A DNA stretch of 57,725 nucleotides from an uncultured Prevotella sp. (GTDB lineage: Bacteria; Bacteroidota; Bacteroidia; Bacteroidales; Bacteroidaceae): assembly GCA_963547065.1 (NCBI GenBank), contig CAUUQE010000001.1, positions 1 through 57,725 on the forward strand, given 5' to 3'. Of this stretch, positions 1 through 9,711 are shown piece by piece. Below the pieces are notes generated by a model. The model was not told the origin of the DNA. It saw only the letters and a program-made list of their open reading frames with translations, and ran no database searches. A program made the translations under genes and the position numbers. Within the stretch, counting starts at the first letter, position 1. The number at the start of each line of letters is the position of its first letter.

Positions 1-2
1 CT

Positions 3-95
3 TTCGGTGCCAGTCTGACTAAGAAATACGATCCGAACGGTGTAGACCGGCTGACTGAACGCGTAGTGTTGCAAGTAGAGGCTGGACAATTATGA
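3..95 (+). CDS. 3' end of an unidentified CDS entering from the left edge (FGASLTKKYDPNGVDRLTERVVLQVEAGQL*)
   Basis: Frame 3 is open from the window edge to TGA at 93-95 and converges on GH109. The family was not recognised. Confidence 0.4.
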   Translation, partial: FGASLTKKYDPNGVDRLTERVVLQVEAGQL

Positions 96-236
96 TAGAA
101 ATCTACAGTGAATACGCCTCTTTCCTCAAGACACATGTAATTCTTCAAAAAACTTCTATAGAAATATATACGTTCTCAATGATCTTACGAAGAAAGTATC
201 TGAATTCCATGCCTAAAATAAAAAGAAATATTTATC

Positions 237-1775
237 CTAATCTTTCTTTTTCTTCTTCTCCCAATATTTCTTGCCTTTTATTTTAAGTTGCTCGGTAAAG
301 GCTTTTGCACTCTGCATAGATTGAGCTTCATCAGCTGGTGAGGCGTAGGCATGTGTGAAACCTTTTATCTCGTCCCAGTGTCCGCGAGTGAAATCAGGAA
401 CCTCTACAGGCTTATTTCCATTATCCATTGAGATAGAACCAAGTTCGGCGAGGCAGCACCATTCTGCCAAGTCGTACACATCCATATCAAGAGGTAAACC
501 GTTTTGCAGACAATAAACTAATCTGCTATCCATAATGAAGTCCATCCCTCCATGGCCTCCAACTTCTTTTGCCTCCTCACCATATCTCTTTACCAACGGG
601 CTTGTATACTTCTCTACAAGAGCCTTGGTATCTTCAGCAGATAGATAATTATGACCAGAGAGATCGTCATTGGATGGTTTGACACCAGCCTGTACCATAT
701 TTGTAGACGATAGGGCATAACCTTCTATGGGATATTTATTGGCAAAACCTTTCGTCCCTGTAAGTTGATACATACGGTTGTAGGGTTGCGGTGTCATCAC
801 ATTATGGTGTATTTCGAGCACCTTACCCTTTTCAGTACGGATAAGTGTTGCTGTTTGATCGCCATTACGGAAGTCTTTGCACACCTCACCCGAGTATTTT
901 TCTACCAACGCTTTACCATTAAACGACTTTGTATCCATTGCTATGAGGGTACGCATTCGATCCCCACGGTGAATATTAAGTACTTGTGCAATAGGACCGA
1001 GACCATGAGTAGCATATACATCACCACGAAAATCTTTGTTATAATGCAGTCTCCAGCCTAATTTGTCATCTGTACTCTTTTTCCAATAGTGTGCCCAGTA
1101 AGGCGAGAGATCGTGACGGTAGGCACCCTGTACATATATAACATCACCGAAAAGTCCATGTTGCGCCATATAGAGCGAGTTGAGTTCGAAGAAGTCGTAG
1201 CAGCAGTTCTCGAGCATGATACAATGCAGGCGGGTTTGTTCGGAAAGATCAATGAGTGTCCAAATTTCGTTCAAATTCATTGCCGAAGGAACTTCAATAG
1301 CGGCGTGTTTTCCATGTGTCATAGCCTCTTTGGCTACAAGAAAATGATGTTCCCAGTCTGTAGCGATATATACAAGATCGATATCAGGACGCTTGCATAG
1401 TTCCTTGTAACCGTTTTCACCATAATATATATCAGCAGCAGGCATACTTGCCTTACGTAAAATATTCTGACATGCTTCTGCACGCTCTTTTTCGTAGTCG
1501 CATAAGGCCATCACTTGTATACCAGGAATATGCGTCCAGCGTTCTACAGCTGATGGTCCGCGCATACCTAATCCCACGAAAGCTACACGAACAACTTTGA
1601 GTTTTGGAGTAACGAGATTGACAGCAGACTGCTGTCCAGCCTTACGATTGGGGACTTCAGTAACAACAGTACCGTTCTCTATCTTATAAGACCAATTGAA
1701 TTGTGCTTCTATAGCCTGCGGAAACGACAACAAGACTATAAGTGACAATAAAGAAAAAAGATGTTTATGTTTCAT
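237..1775 (-). CDS. GH109 NAD+-dependent glycosidase (Gfo/Idh/MocA fold; alpha-N-acetylgalactosaminidase-like), secreted
   Basis: Signal peptide, Rossmann motif VGLGMRG, IEVP, MLENCCY, YATHGLGP and the GH109 signature GGHGGMD. Confidence 0.9.
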   Translation of the reverse strand: MKHKHLFSLLSLIVLLSFPQAIEAQFNWSYKIENGTVVTEVPNRKAGQQSAVNLVTPKLKVVRVAFVGLGMRGPSAVERWTHIPGIQVMALCDYEKERAEACQNILRKASMPAADIYYGENGYKELCKRPDIDLVYIATDWEHHFLVAKEAMTHGKHAAIEVPSAMNLNEIWTLIDLSEQTRLHCIMLENCCYDFFELNSLYMAQHGLFGDVIYVQGAYRHDLSPYWAHYWKKSTDDKLGWRLHYNKDFRGDVYATHGLGPIAQVLNIHRGDRMRTLIAMDTKSFNGKALVEKYSGEVCKDFRNGDQTATLIRTEKGKVLEIHHNVMTPQPYNRMYQLTGTKGFANKYPIEGYALSSTNMVQAGVKPSNDDLSGHNYLSAEDTKALVEKYTSPLVKRYGEEAKEVGGHGGMDFIMDSRLVYCLQNGLPLDMDVYDLAEWCCLAELGSISMDNGNKPVEVPDFTRGHWDEIKGFTHAYASPADEAQSMQSAKAFTEQLKIKGKKYWEKKKKKD

Positions 1776-1819
1776 ATAATTTAAGTTTATAAATCTTATT
1801 ACTATCTCTCAAAGACGAA

Positions 1820-1827
1820 CAAATATA
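1820..1827 (-). promoter_or_regulatory. Candidate Bacteroidota primary-sigma -7 element (TATATTTG) upstream of GH109
   Basis: Matches TAnnTTTG on the minus strand about 45 bp before the ATG at 1775. Confidence 0.4.
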
Positions 1828-1977
1828 ATAAGAAAAAGGCTCTTCGTTACTTAAAAGTGGGGTGATTTAATATTTTTTAAGTTGAAAAATTAGTAAGTCA
1901 GTGAGATGATGAAGTGAGAAACGTTTATTACAACTCTTATAGAGTAACTTGAGCTACATTAAGAAATTTCTTTTCTT

Positions 1978-3561
1978 TTACAGAGCTTCGAAATAAGGCA
2001 GCCGACCTATGGGAACGTCTATTATAATCTTACGACCCCCTTTATACACCTTTCCACGTTCATCTCTCCATCGTCCGCGTGGCAGAAGTACCGTACGACG
2101 TGTTGTATCACTTACCACGGGTGCCACAAGGTATTTATCTCCCAACATAAACTGATCCTTTATCAATGCATAACCTTGATGTGGAAAAGCATATTCCATA
2201 TGACGTACAATAGGCTCGCCCGTTATTGATGAACGCTTAGCGCAAGTGAGAATATAGCTACCTAACCGTACATGGAGGTTGGCCATATTACGAACAATAG
2301 CCAAATTCTCTTTATTAAGTATACGCCATGGGGCTACAGAAAATTGCATCATCGGCATAAGGGTGTGAACTTCGGTTGACCGAATAACAAGATGTTGGTC
2401 AAAACTATTGTCATCAATCCCGAGAAAGGTACTGAACGAGCCTCCACCAATCATATCAGGGCAGGTATAGATATAACCCAATAAACCTGCAGCTAATATA
2501 TCAGGCACAAGAAGGCGAATAGCATTCCATGAGTAGTCTTTATCACCCAGTCTCTGTACTAATTCTCTACATCCCATCTGCCAACCAGCACGGTACTCGT
2601 TGAAAGGAAACTCACAACCGATTTCTGCCCAAGCTCGAGTATGATCTACTGAAAGACTCCCTTGTTTGAATGACACAAGGTCGGAACGATCATAAAAATG
2701 GTTATCACCTCCATCAAACTTAAATCCGTCAATGCCGTATTTGTGCTGCATCTGATGTAACTGCTGTATAAAATAAGTCTTAGCCTCGGGGTTGGTAAAA
2801 TCGAAACAGGCACTTTGCCCATTCCACCATCGAATGATGGCAGGAGTTCCTGTAGCATCTTTTAGTAACAGATTTTTCTCCGCAAGCGAGCGATACTCAG
2901 GACTGTCTGCCGATACAAATGGGCATACCCATAACATCACCTTAAACCCCATGGTATGTAACTGCTCTACCATCTGCCGCGGAGTAGGAAATCTGTCGGG
3001 CTTAAATTCGAAATTTCCATAATATCGTTGCCAATTGTCATCTATCATGATAATGCCAGGTGGAAAGTCATGTTTCACAATATTTTCGGCGTATGTCAGT
3101 ACATCTTTCTGATTCTGGTTGTACATTAGTTCTATCCATGTGTTATATTGTGGCATGGTAAAGAATAAACTGTCAGGTAATAAGCCGTTGGGCTTAAAGT
3201 GTTTTTCCATTGCTGCAAGATATGCCTCTCGTAAGCTTCTTCCCCCGGCATTCGGCTCTATCTTCTCGTAAGCAGACTCTATGTGGATATTTCCGTTAGA
3301 AATACTGAATTTAAAAGGATGATCGCTCCAAATATAGCGTCCCATGCTCGACACAAGCAGAGGAGACACCTGATTATTATCGTTACGGTTCGCCAAATTA
3401 AATTCTGCAAGCGAAGCTATATAAGGCATGTTCGAACCTAGCGCTGTAGCTCCTCCCCACCAATATTCATCCTGCTGAATAGCTATATCTGTTACCTGCT
3501 GTGCCGTCAAGATATTATTCATAAAACAAGCTAAAAATAACAGTTTGTATTTATTAAACAT
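1978..3561 (-). CDS. GH31 glycosidase, probable alpha-galactosidase-type (MYORG/GH31_19-like)
   Basis: Signal peptide; motifs PQYNTWIEL, IMIDDNWQ, DGFKFDGGD (nucleophile Asp), PDMIGGG, MMQFSVAPW and DQFMLGDKYLVAPV. Confidence 0.85.
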   Translation of the reverse strand: MFNKYKLLFLACFMNNILTAQQVTDIAIQQDEYWWGGATALGSNMPYIASLAEFNLANRNDNNQVSPLLVSSMGRYIWSDHPFKFSISNGNIHIESAYEKIEPNAGGRSLREAYLAAMEKHFKPNGLLPDSLFFTMPQYNTWIELMYNQNQKDVLTYAENIVKHDFPPGIIMIDDNWQRYYGNFEFKPDRFPTPRQMVEQLHTMGFKVMLWVCPFVSADSPEYRSLAEKNLLLKDATGTPAIIRWWNGQSACFDFTNPEAKTYFIQQLHQMQHKYGIDGFKFDGGDNHFYDRSDLVSFKQGSLSVDHTRAWAEIGCEFPFNEYRAGWQMGCRELVQRLGDKDYSWNAIRLLVPDILAAGLLGYIYTCPDMIGGGSFSTFLGIDDNSFDQHLVIRSTEVHTLMPMMQFSVAPWRILNKENLAIVRNMANLHVRLGSYILTCAKRSSITGEPIVRHMEYAFPHQGYALIKDQFMLGDKYLVAPVVSDTTRRTVLLPRGRWRDERGKVYKGGRKIIIDVPIGRLPYFEAL

Positions 3562-3655
3562 ATTATAATATTGTTATTTTATTTTTTATTTTGAATCTGT
3601 AAACTCAAATAACCTCCACCATTAGTCTTTATACAAAGATATAAGTGATATATTA

Positions 3656-3691
3656 CCGGGAATATTTCACTTGCAGGTGGAACATTCCCGG
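3656..3691. terminator. Intergenic stem-loop between the lipoprotein and GH31 (terminator or mRNA-stability element)
   Basis: Inverted repeat CCGGGAATATTTCAC-TTGCAG-GTGGAACATTCCCGG. Confidence 0.55.
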
Positions 3692-3720
3692 ATTTCTAAT
3701 TTTCTTAATTAATTTACATC

Positions 3721-5493
3721 TTATTTCAGTTCTTCATAATTAAGTGTAAACTTTGCAGAACCTTTAGGCGTTACAGTCTTGTCTGCTCCAATATTGATAC
3801 CTTCCTTCAAGTCAACAATCACTTTATAACGACCTGCAGTTTTCGGAATAGTGAAACTGCCATTAGCACCTGCAGCATTAACATAGATGCTGTTGAAGTT
3901 AGTATTAGGCAACCGGACAGAAAATCCGGAATGTGGATAGGTAACATAGAAGGCGACATCTCCTCCCCATCCAAAATTATAAAATGTACCCTCATATGTC
4001 CCCTTAGCCGTCTTTACTAATGGAAGAACGTTATCAGCATCCCAAACCACGGGGGTTGATGTTTCTGTTGGTGCCCAACTCCATCCATCCATATAAATTG
4101 TGTTAGGATATGCACTAGTAGGAGTAGCGTAGAAAGTTCCGCTAAAAATATCCATGCGCACATAATATGTATCAGATACTGACTTTAATGTCCATGTTGG
4201 ATTCCCCCCTCCATCAAACAGGTCGGGATTAGCCGTGTATGCGGAGAGATCGAAACTCGAAGAGACTGTCTGTCCATGCGTTAACTTAACATTACCTTCA
4301 TAAACATAGCAAGCTCCACTTTTCAAGGTAAGATTACTACCATTAAACTGTACTGTATTTTTCACTTCACTGCCATTAACTACCACCTTTCCGTTACCAA
4401 AGAAGACAGATTTGCCTCCACCAGCGACTTCCACCGATGTACATATGTTATTTTGGAAATTTGCACGTATAGTAAACGGCCCACCTGCAGTCAAAGGGAA
4501 GCTCTTATTCTTATCATCTACAGTACTTTGAATAATCTTTTTACCATCCCAAAGAATGTATTCACCAGTACCACCACGTTTCAGACGGAATATGCCGGCG
4601 TTGCTCTTACCCCACATACCCGTTTCCGGATTATCTCCATCGGGTGCCGTCCATGTATAATATCTATCATTACCACTCTCAAAGCCTTTCATTATCATCT
4701 TTTGTTTCTCCGCTGTAATTTCTCCATCCTGCCAATGACCGGATATCGTTCCGAGAATATAATAGCAGGCGTTATTGGGTAATGGTGTCCAAAAGTGCTT
4801 CTCACCCGTAGTTAACTCAAACGTTATAGGATTAAAACTCACTGTGAATGAAGATTCGATATCACCGCCAATAACGATAGAGTCTTTCGCCATAGAGCTA
4901 ATATCCCCGTTGGTTGTACCCCAGTAAATCCCGTTTTTACTCGTAGTAGTAGAAATAATACCCTTTACTCCTGCAGGATAAACGTTCTCAGTAGGTGTTA
5001 CATATACATCACCATTTTTAATGAGATCTATTGCTTGCCCTGTACTCAATAGAAGATGCAAAGTTCCAAAGTTGGGTATGGAAACAGAGGGAAAGTCAAA
5101 AGTTTGTACGAGTTCACCACTACGGGTATTGTCCAATTTTACTTCTAGTTTCAGATTGTCTGCTTTTGCATTCTTGGGAAGGGGTACGAAGAGGTTATCA
5201 TTGATGTGGAATGATTGGCCAAGCAGCGACTGTTGCTTTACAACAAGAGTATCACCAGTACTATTGGTAAGCGTCAGTACATACTGTTCGAGATTTCTTT
5301 CATCAGTCATTTCACCTGAGACATTAATTTTATCTCCATAAGACAGATCACTCTGTGGGGAGACAATTATATCCATTGCCGGCTTCGGACCGTTTTTTTC
5401 ATTAGAAATAGTATTTTCGTTATCACTACAACTTATAGAAAGTAGTCCAGTAAGAACCATTATAAAAAAATATACTTTTTTCAACATAATCAT
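3721..5493 (-). CDS. PUL surface lipoprotein, SusE/F-like glycan-binding protein
   Basis: Lipobox LSISC-S; beta-rich Gly/Thr/Trp repeats (YYILGTISGHW, IYMDGWSW, GRYKVIVDL); lies downstream of susCD. Confidence 0.65.
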   Translation of the reverse strand: MIMLKKVYFFIMVLTGLLSISCSDNENTISNEKNGPKPAMDIIVSPQSDLSYGDKINVSGEMTDERNLEQYVLTLTNSTGDTLVVKQQSLLGQSFHINDNLFVPLPKNAKADNLKLEVKLDNTRSGELVQTFDFPSVSIPNFGTLHLLLSTGQAIDLIKNGDVYVTPTENVYPAGVKGIISTTTSKNGIYWGTTNGDISSMAKDSIVIGGDIESSFTVSFNPITFELTTGEKHFWTPLPNNACYYILGTISGHWQDGEITAEKQKMIMKGFESGNDRYYTWTAPDGDNPETGMWGKSNAGIFRLKRGGTGEYILWDGKKIIQSTVDDKNKSFPLTAGGPFTIRANFQNNICTSVEVAGGGKSVFFGNGKVVVNGSEVKNTVQFNGSNLTLKSGACYVYEGNVKLTHGQTVSSSFDLSAYTANPDLFDGGGNPTWTLKSVSDTYYVRMDIFSGTFYATPTSAYPNTIYMDGWSWAPTETSTPVVWDADNVLPLVKTAKGTYEGTFYNFGWGGDVAFYVTYPHSGFSVRLPNTNFNSIYVNAAGANGSFTIPKTAGRYKVIVDLKEGINIGADKTVTPKGSAKFTLNYEELK

Positions 5494-5499
5494 AATATT

Positions 5500-6657
5500 T
5501 TATGCTTTAATAAAAATTTTCATTTGATACATCCACCTCAATATAAAGAAAACAAGAATACCCTGTATCGTAATTATAAGTACAGGATAATAACCTTCTA
5601 TCCATTGTTTGAAACCATAGAAGAAGGTATTGATAACAGAGTCAAACACAATGTATTCACCGATAAAATAAGCCATTAGCGAATTCATACCATAAACCTT
5701 AAGCCATCCTAAACCACGAACCCAGCCTTTAATGTCAATACAAAAGTAGAATAATCCCATTAAAAGGAAACAGATTCCACTTGCAAATAGCGTCATAGAA
5801 CTAGACCATATGTGTTTAATAATGGGTATCCATGGACTCATTACAAGAGCAATAATAATTAACACCGCACCTGTTATCATTAACTTAAGAAACTTATTGG
5901 ATGCAGAAAAGTTACTTCGTAGGATATATCCTGCCATATGACCGGAGAATACCGTTGCAACAAAATTCAACGAACTCATAATCCAAGTATAATGATAGGT
6001 AGTATCCCACGTCCAGTTATCACCGTTCCAAACCACACCATCACGGAAACGTCCAAGTACAACCTTGTCTATCTGCTCACATATATTCGCATTGATAGTA
6101 AAGTCCATATTTCCCCATAGCGCAAAAATGGTAATATAAGTAACAAACAGAAGAGCTACGACTATAATTTGTGTACGCAGTGAAGTGAAAACATAAAGAA
6201 AGGTTACAACAACATATCCCACAGCGATACTCTGTAATGTGTTGCAGAATAGATGCAATTGTTTTAGGTCAAAAGCAAGCAGATTGCCTTGTATAACAAC
6301 TCCCAATATCCAGAGAATAACAAACCGTTTGAGGATACGAAAGTAGAAACTTCGATCTACTTTCTCCTTACCGATTTTGTATTTAGACATCGTGAACGGT
6401 ATCGTAACACCTGACATAAACATAAATAACGGCATGATAATATCCCAAAAGCAGAATCCTTCCCACGGAACATGGGTAACCTGTCCTATTACCCATGCAC
6501 CGATTGTACTTTCCGCAGGCTTCCGTATCAATAACCATTCGTAAATAATAGGTTGAATGAGCACTAGGCAAGCTAAATCAAGGCCTCGTAAGATGTCGAG
6601 CGATAACAGACGCTTAGGTATTTCTGCATTGGTTGTTGTATCTACAGAGGTCTTCAT
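5500..6657 (-). CDS. HGSNAT-like (DUF5009/NagX-type) polytopic membrane acetyltransferase
   Basis: Motifs RLLSLDILRG, HVPWEGFCFWDIIMPLFMFMSG (His equivalent to the HGSNAT HxxWxGxxxxD motif) and PIIKHIWSSS; many hydrophobic helices. Confidence 0.8.
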   Translation of the reverse strand: MKTSVDTTTNAEIPKRLLSLDILRGLDLACLVLIQPIIYEWLLIRKPAESTIGAWVIGQVTHVPWEGFCFWDIIMPLFMFMSGVTIPFTMSKYKIGKEKVDRSFYFRILKRFVILWILGVVIQGNLLAFDLKQLHLFCNTLQSIAVGYVVVTFLYVFTSLRTQIIVVALLFVTYITIFALWGNMDFTINANICEQIDKVVLGRFRDGVVWNGDNWTWDTTYHYTWIMSSLNFVATVFSGHMAGYILRSNFSASNKFLKLMITGAVLIIIALVMSPWIPIIKHIWSSSMTLFASGICFLLMGLFYFCIDIKGWVRGLGWLKVYGMNSLMAYFIGEYIVFDSVINTFFYGFKQWIEGYYPVLIITIQGILVFFILRWMYQMKIFIKA

Positions 6658-6661
6658 AGAC

Positions 6662-8101
6662 TTACTTCTTTATGAACCTGATACTTGAGGAACTCTTTTT
6701 CAAATTGCCTGTAGCGCTTATCTCAATATTTATACCGAGATTATTGTAACCAGTAGCACTCTCCCAAATCTTATCATTAGCTAATCTGACGGCATATTCG
6801 GGGCGGGATGCAATACTCTTTTCCGGATCTGGCATAAATAAGAAAAATTGATAACTTCCTGCAGGAATATTTGTAGGCAATGCTATTGTTCGATTCACGG
6901 ACGCATTATGTAAAGGTTTCCACGTACGCGGATCGTCAGGTAATGTCACTTCATACTCTGTTTTATCCTTGGTAGAACGTAATATCAACTTCACATTGCG
7001 AGGATTATACATGGACGCATAGCCAACATTTTGCAATTCAAGTTTTATTACAAGATCGCTGCCGGGTATATGCTTTATTGAGTATTCACCACGAGAAAGC
7101 ACGATACGATACCCTAAATTCTTCTTAATGTCTGGGAGGTAACCGTCTGTTTCCCATTTTTTTAGCACATTCCGATCATAAGCGTCATTAAGAAACGACC
7201 AATGTAATAAACGCATCTCGTCCACAGCATCTTTCCCTGCAGAAGGAGTTGCTGAAGAATTAGGCAAACAAGTCTCACCACCGATGGGGAGATAAAGCCC
7301 CTCCTCAGCCAAATAAGTCTTATCTTTTTCCACATCAATATAAGTTCCCATGTTTGTTTTATCAGACATAAAGGCATCATTGTGATGTGCAATACGCGCA
7401 ATGGGCTCGTTGCTAAATGCCTGCTTTGCCGTTATAGCTGTCGAAGAGCCAATAAAGTCTTGTTTGTATTTCGGTGTCCGAACTTGTATGCAACGATCTT
7501 TAGGTAACACTTCAAGCCATTTGTTGAGTAATTCCTTATAAGAAGCCGTGTTATTCAGATGATTAGAAGAGTAATACCATTCACCCCATGCCCCTATAAA
7601 ACCGGCTTGTACACAGGCGATAACATCCTTATTGACAGTAAATACAGGTTTCATTTGATCCAAATGCCGCTTAATAACATTCATCGAAGCATCGGGTTCT
7701 GTCTGTGCAGACGTGTAGGCAAAGCGTAAAATAGCTTTCATTCCATTTTTACGAATAATCCCCATATCTGTATTCAGTTTGCTAACGATCCCTGAGGGTA
7801 GATCCTTATCACGATAATCTTTAAAGTAATAAAGTATCTGTACCAGCGTTTTACCTTCGTTATGCAAACGTTGAATATAACCATCATCTACAGGATTAGT
7901 GGCATTGCTCTCAATCTCAGTATAGAAACCACGTTCTGGATTAACAAATATTTCGTCTGTTGGAGCATATTTTATTGTTTTCATCTCAACTGCAGGTGGT
8001 TGAGGTTCCGGCACATCAGGACCTTGTGAATTATTCTTATCACTGCAAGAGTACAGGAATAATATCACTACCGGCAATATCCAATAATTCTTTTTTCTCA
8101 T
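6662..8101 (-). CDS. DUF4874/DUF4832 lipoprotein, putative TIM-barrel glycoside hydrolase
   Basis: Lipobox FLYSC-S and Pro-rich linker; motifs NPERGFY, ILRFAY, QAGFIGAWGEW, HHNDAF, IGGET and LGYRI. Confidence 0.75.
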   Translation of the reverse strand: MRKKNYWILPVVILFLYSCSDKNNSQGPDVPEPQPPAVEMKTIKYAPTDEIFVNPERGFYTEIESNATNPVDDGYIQRLHNEGKTLVQILYYFKDYRDKDLPSGIVSKLNTDMGIIRKNGMKAILRFAYTSAQTEPDASMNVIKRHLDQMKPVFTVNKDVIACVQAGFIGAWGEWYYSSNHLNNTASYKELLNKWLEVLPKDRCIQVRTPKYKQDFIGSSTAITAKQAFSNEPIARIAHHNDAFMSDKTNMGTYIDVEKDKTYLAEEGLYLPIGGETCLPNSSATPSAGKDAVDEMRLLHWSFLNDAYDRNVLKKWETDGYLPDIKKNLGYRIVLSRGEYSIKHIPGSDLVIKLELQNVGYASMYNPRNVKLILRSTKDKTEYEVTLPDDPRTWKPLHNASVNRTIALPTNIPAGSYQFFLFMPDPEKSIASRPEYAVRLANDKIWESATGYNNLGINIEISATGNLKKSSSSIRFIKK

Positions 8102-8144
8102 AACTGTTATTTCTTTTATACATTATATAATCATTAATTTTCAA

Positions 8145-9689
8145 TTACTTATACCCCTCATTTTGTTTCACTTGTCCTTTTCCATCAAGAATGACAGATA
8201 ACGGCAACGGATATAATTCCTTGTATTCCTCGGCATAGGGTGAATTATTGATAGCTTTAACCAACGGGATAAGTTTATGATAACGTATCATATCGGCACG
8301 ATATTGCCCATTTTCGCACCAGAATTCATGCCAGCGTTCAGTCAAAACGGCATTTAACACTTTTTCGGGAGTATTGTAATCGGAAGTGCTCAGATTTCCT
8401 AAACCTGCTCGATTACGAATAACATTTATGTATCTGATAGCTTCTTGAAGGTCTGCACTCGAAGCTCCTGTCTTTTGTGAGAGAGCCTCGGCTAAAGAAA
8501 GATACACATCAGCATAACGATAAAGAATAAGATCTATATCTGAGTGACCGCCGGAACCTTTCACATTAGGATCATAGCCCATCTTCAAAGCAATGGGTCC
8601 AACTGCTAATGGCGATTGCGGTGTATCCTTGTCTATAACTTTACCCGACGAGTTGGTATAAGAAGGTAGCAATCTCGTACGCCGTACATCGCCTGTTTCA
8701 AACGAATTGTAGAAATACCATGTGCTGGTAATAGTACCCCAACCGCCGCTCATGCCGTCTTGTGCAAAGTCTGTGGGCAATACCATCATGTGCCATTGGT
8801 TGATGCTCGGTCCGTCATAAGCACAAGGCAAAGCAAAAATGATTTCTTTATTTGCCATACCTTGTCCGCCACGTTCGAACATTTTTACATAATCTTTTTG
8901 CAATTGATAGCCATACTGTGGAGTCGTTAACTCACGAGCTAAAGTTTCTACCTTATTAAAATAGCCCTTATCTATCGGCGTCTCATGCAGATACAGGCGG
9001 ATAAGCAACATCTTAGCAAAGCCTCTGCTGAAACGTCCGTATTCTTCTTTGCCAGGCATAGGCAAATGTTTTCCTGCAAAGAGTAAATCGTCTTCGATAA
9101 ACTTTGTCATCTCAGTACGCGAAAGTCTCGGTAAAGGAGTTTCTTTCAATGGATTCTTCAATACTTCCAAAGGAGCAACAACCAACGGACCGTACATATC
9201 ATAGAGTGTATATGAAAGGAAAGCACGTGCACAACGAACCTCTGCCTCATAGAACTGTTTTTTATTTTCGTCGAGCGGGCTGTTGGCAATATCGTCCAAT
9301 ACTAGCGTACAACGGCTCACCTTATTGGCGTATCCACCACTGTATTTTGTGTTACGCGTAAAATAAAACCATGTAACTTCATCGCTTTCCGGATAGAAAT
9401 TAAGTTCTGTAGCCATTTTCTGTGCTCCGAATGTTCCCGCAAGAATACCGGTGGTACAATCATTCAAAAACATTACTCCATTCTCTGACGGGCTGTATAT
9501 TCCATCCCACCAGTTTCCTCGTAGAGGATAATAGCACGACATAACCAGTGCGGCAATATCTTCTTCTGTTTTAGGAAAAGTGGTAGGGTTGATTTCCGAA
9601 TAATCTACGGGCGTAAGATCGCAACTGTTCATTGCTCCCAAACAAGTAATACCCAACAATACCGAATATATAAATTTAAATCTTTTCAT
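8145..9689 (-). CDS. SusD/RagB family lipoprotein
   Basis: Lipobox MNSC-D; motifs AEVRCARA, LYRYADVYLSLAEA, ERWHEFWCE and QNEGY. The ATG at 9689 is preferred over the GTG at 9698. Confidence 0.9.
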   Translation of the reverse strand: MKRFKFIYSVLLGITCLGAMNSCDLTPVDYSEINPTTFPKTEEDIAALVMSCYYPLRGNWWDGIYSPSENGVMFLNDCTTGILAGTFGAQKMATELNFYPESDEVTWFYFTRNTKYSGGYANKVSRCTLVLDDIANSPLDENKKQFYEAEVRCARAFLSYTLYDMYGPLVVAPLEVLKNPLKETPLPRLSRTEMTKFIEDDLLFAGKHLPMPGKEEYGRFSRGFAKMLLIRLYLHETPIDKGYFNKVETLARELTTPQYGYQLQKDYVKMFERGGQGMANKEIIFALPCAYDGPSINQWHMMVLPTDFAQDGMSGGWGTITSTWYFYNSFETGDVRRTRLLPSYTNSSGKVIDKDTPQSPLAVGPIALKMGYDPNVKGSGGHSDIDLILYRYADVYLSLAEALSQKTGASSADLQEAIRYINVIRNRAGLGNLSTSDYNTPEKVLNAVLTERWHEFWCENGQYRADMIRYHKLIPLVKAINNSPYAEEYKELYPLPLSVILDGKGQVKQNEGYK

Positions 9690-9711
9690 AATTTCCACAC
9701 TATAAATAATA

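Noticed and set aside
1..236. IS element end at the left edge
   Set aside because: No recognisable transposase motif or terminal inverted repeat can be supported from this short fragment.
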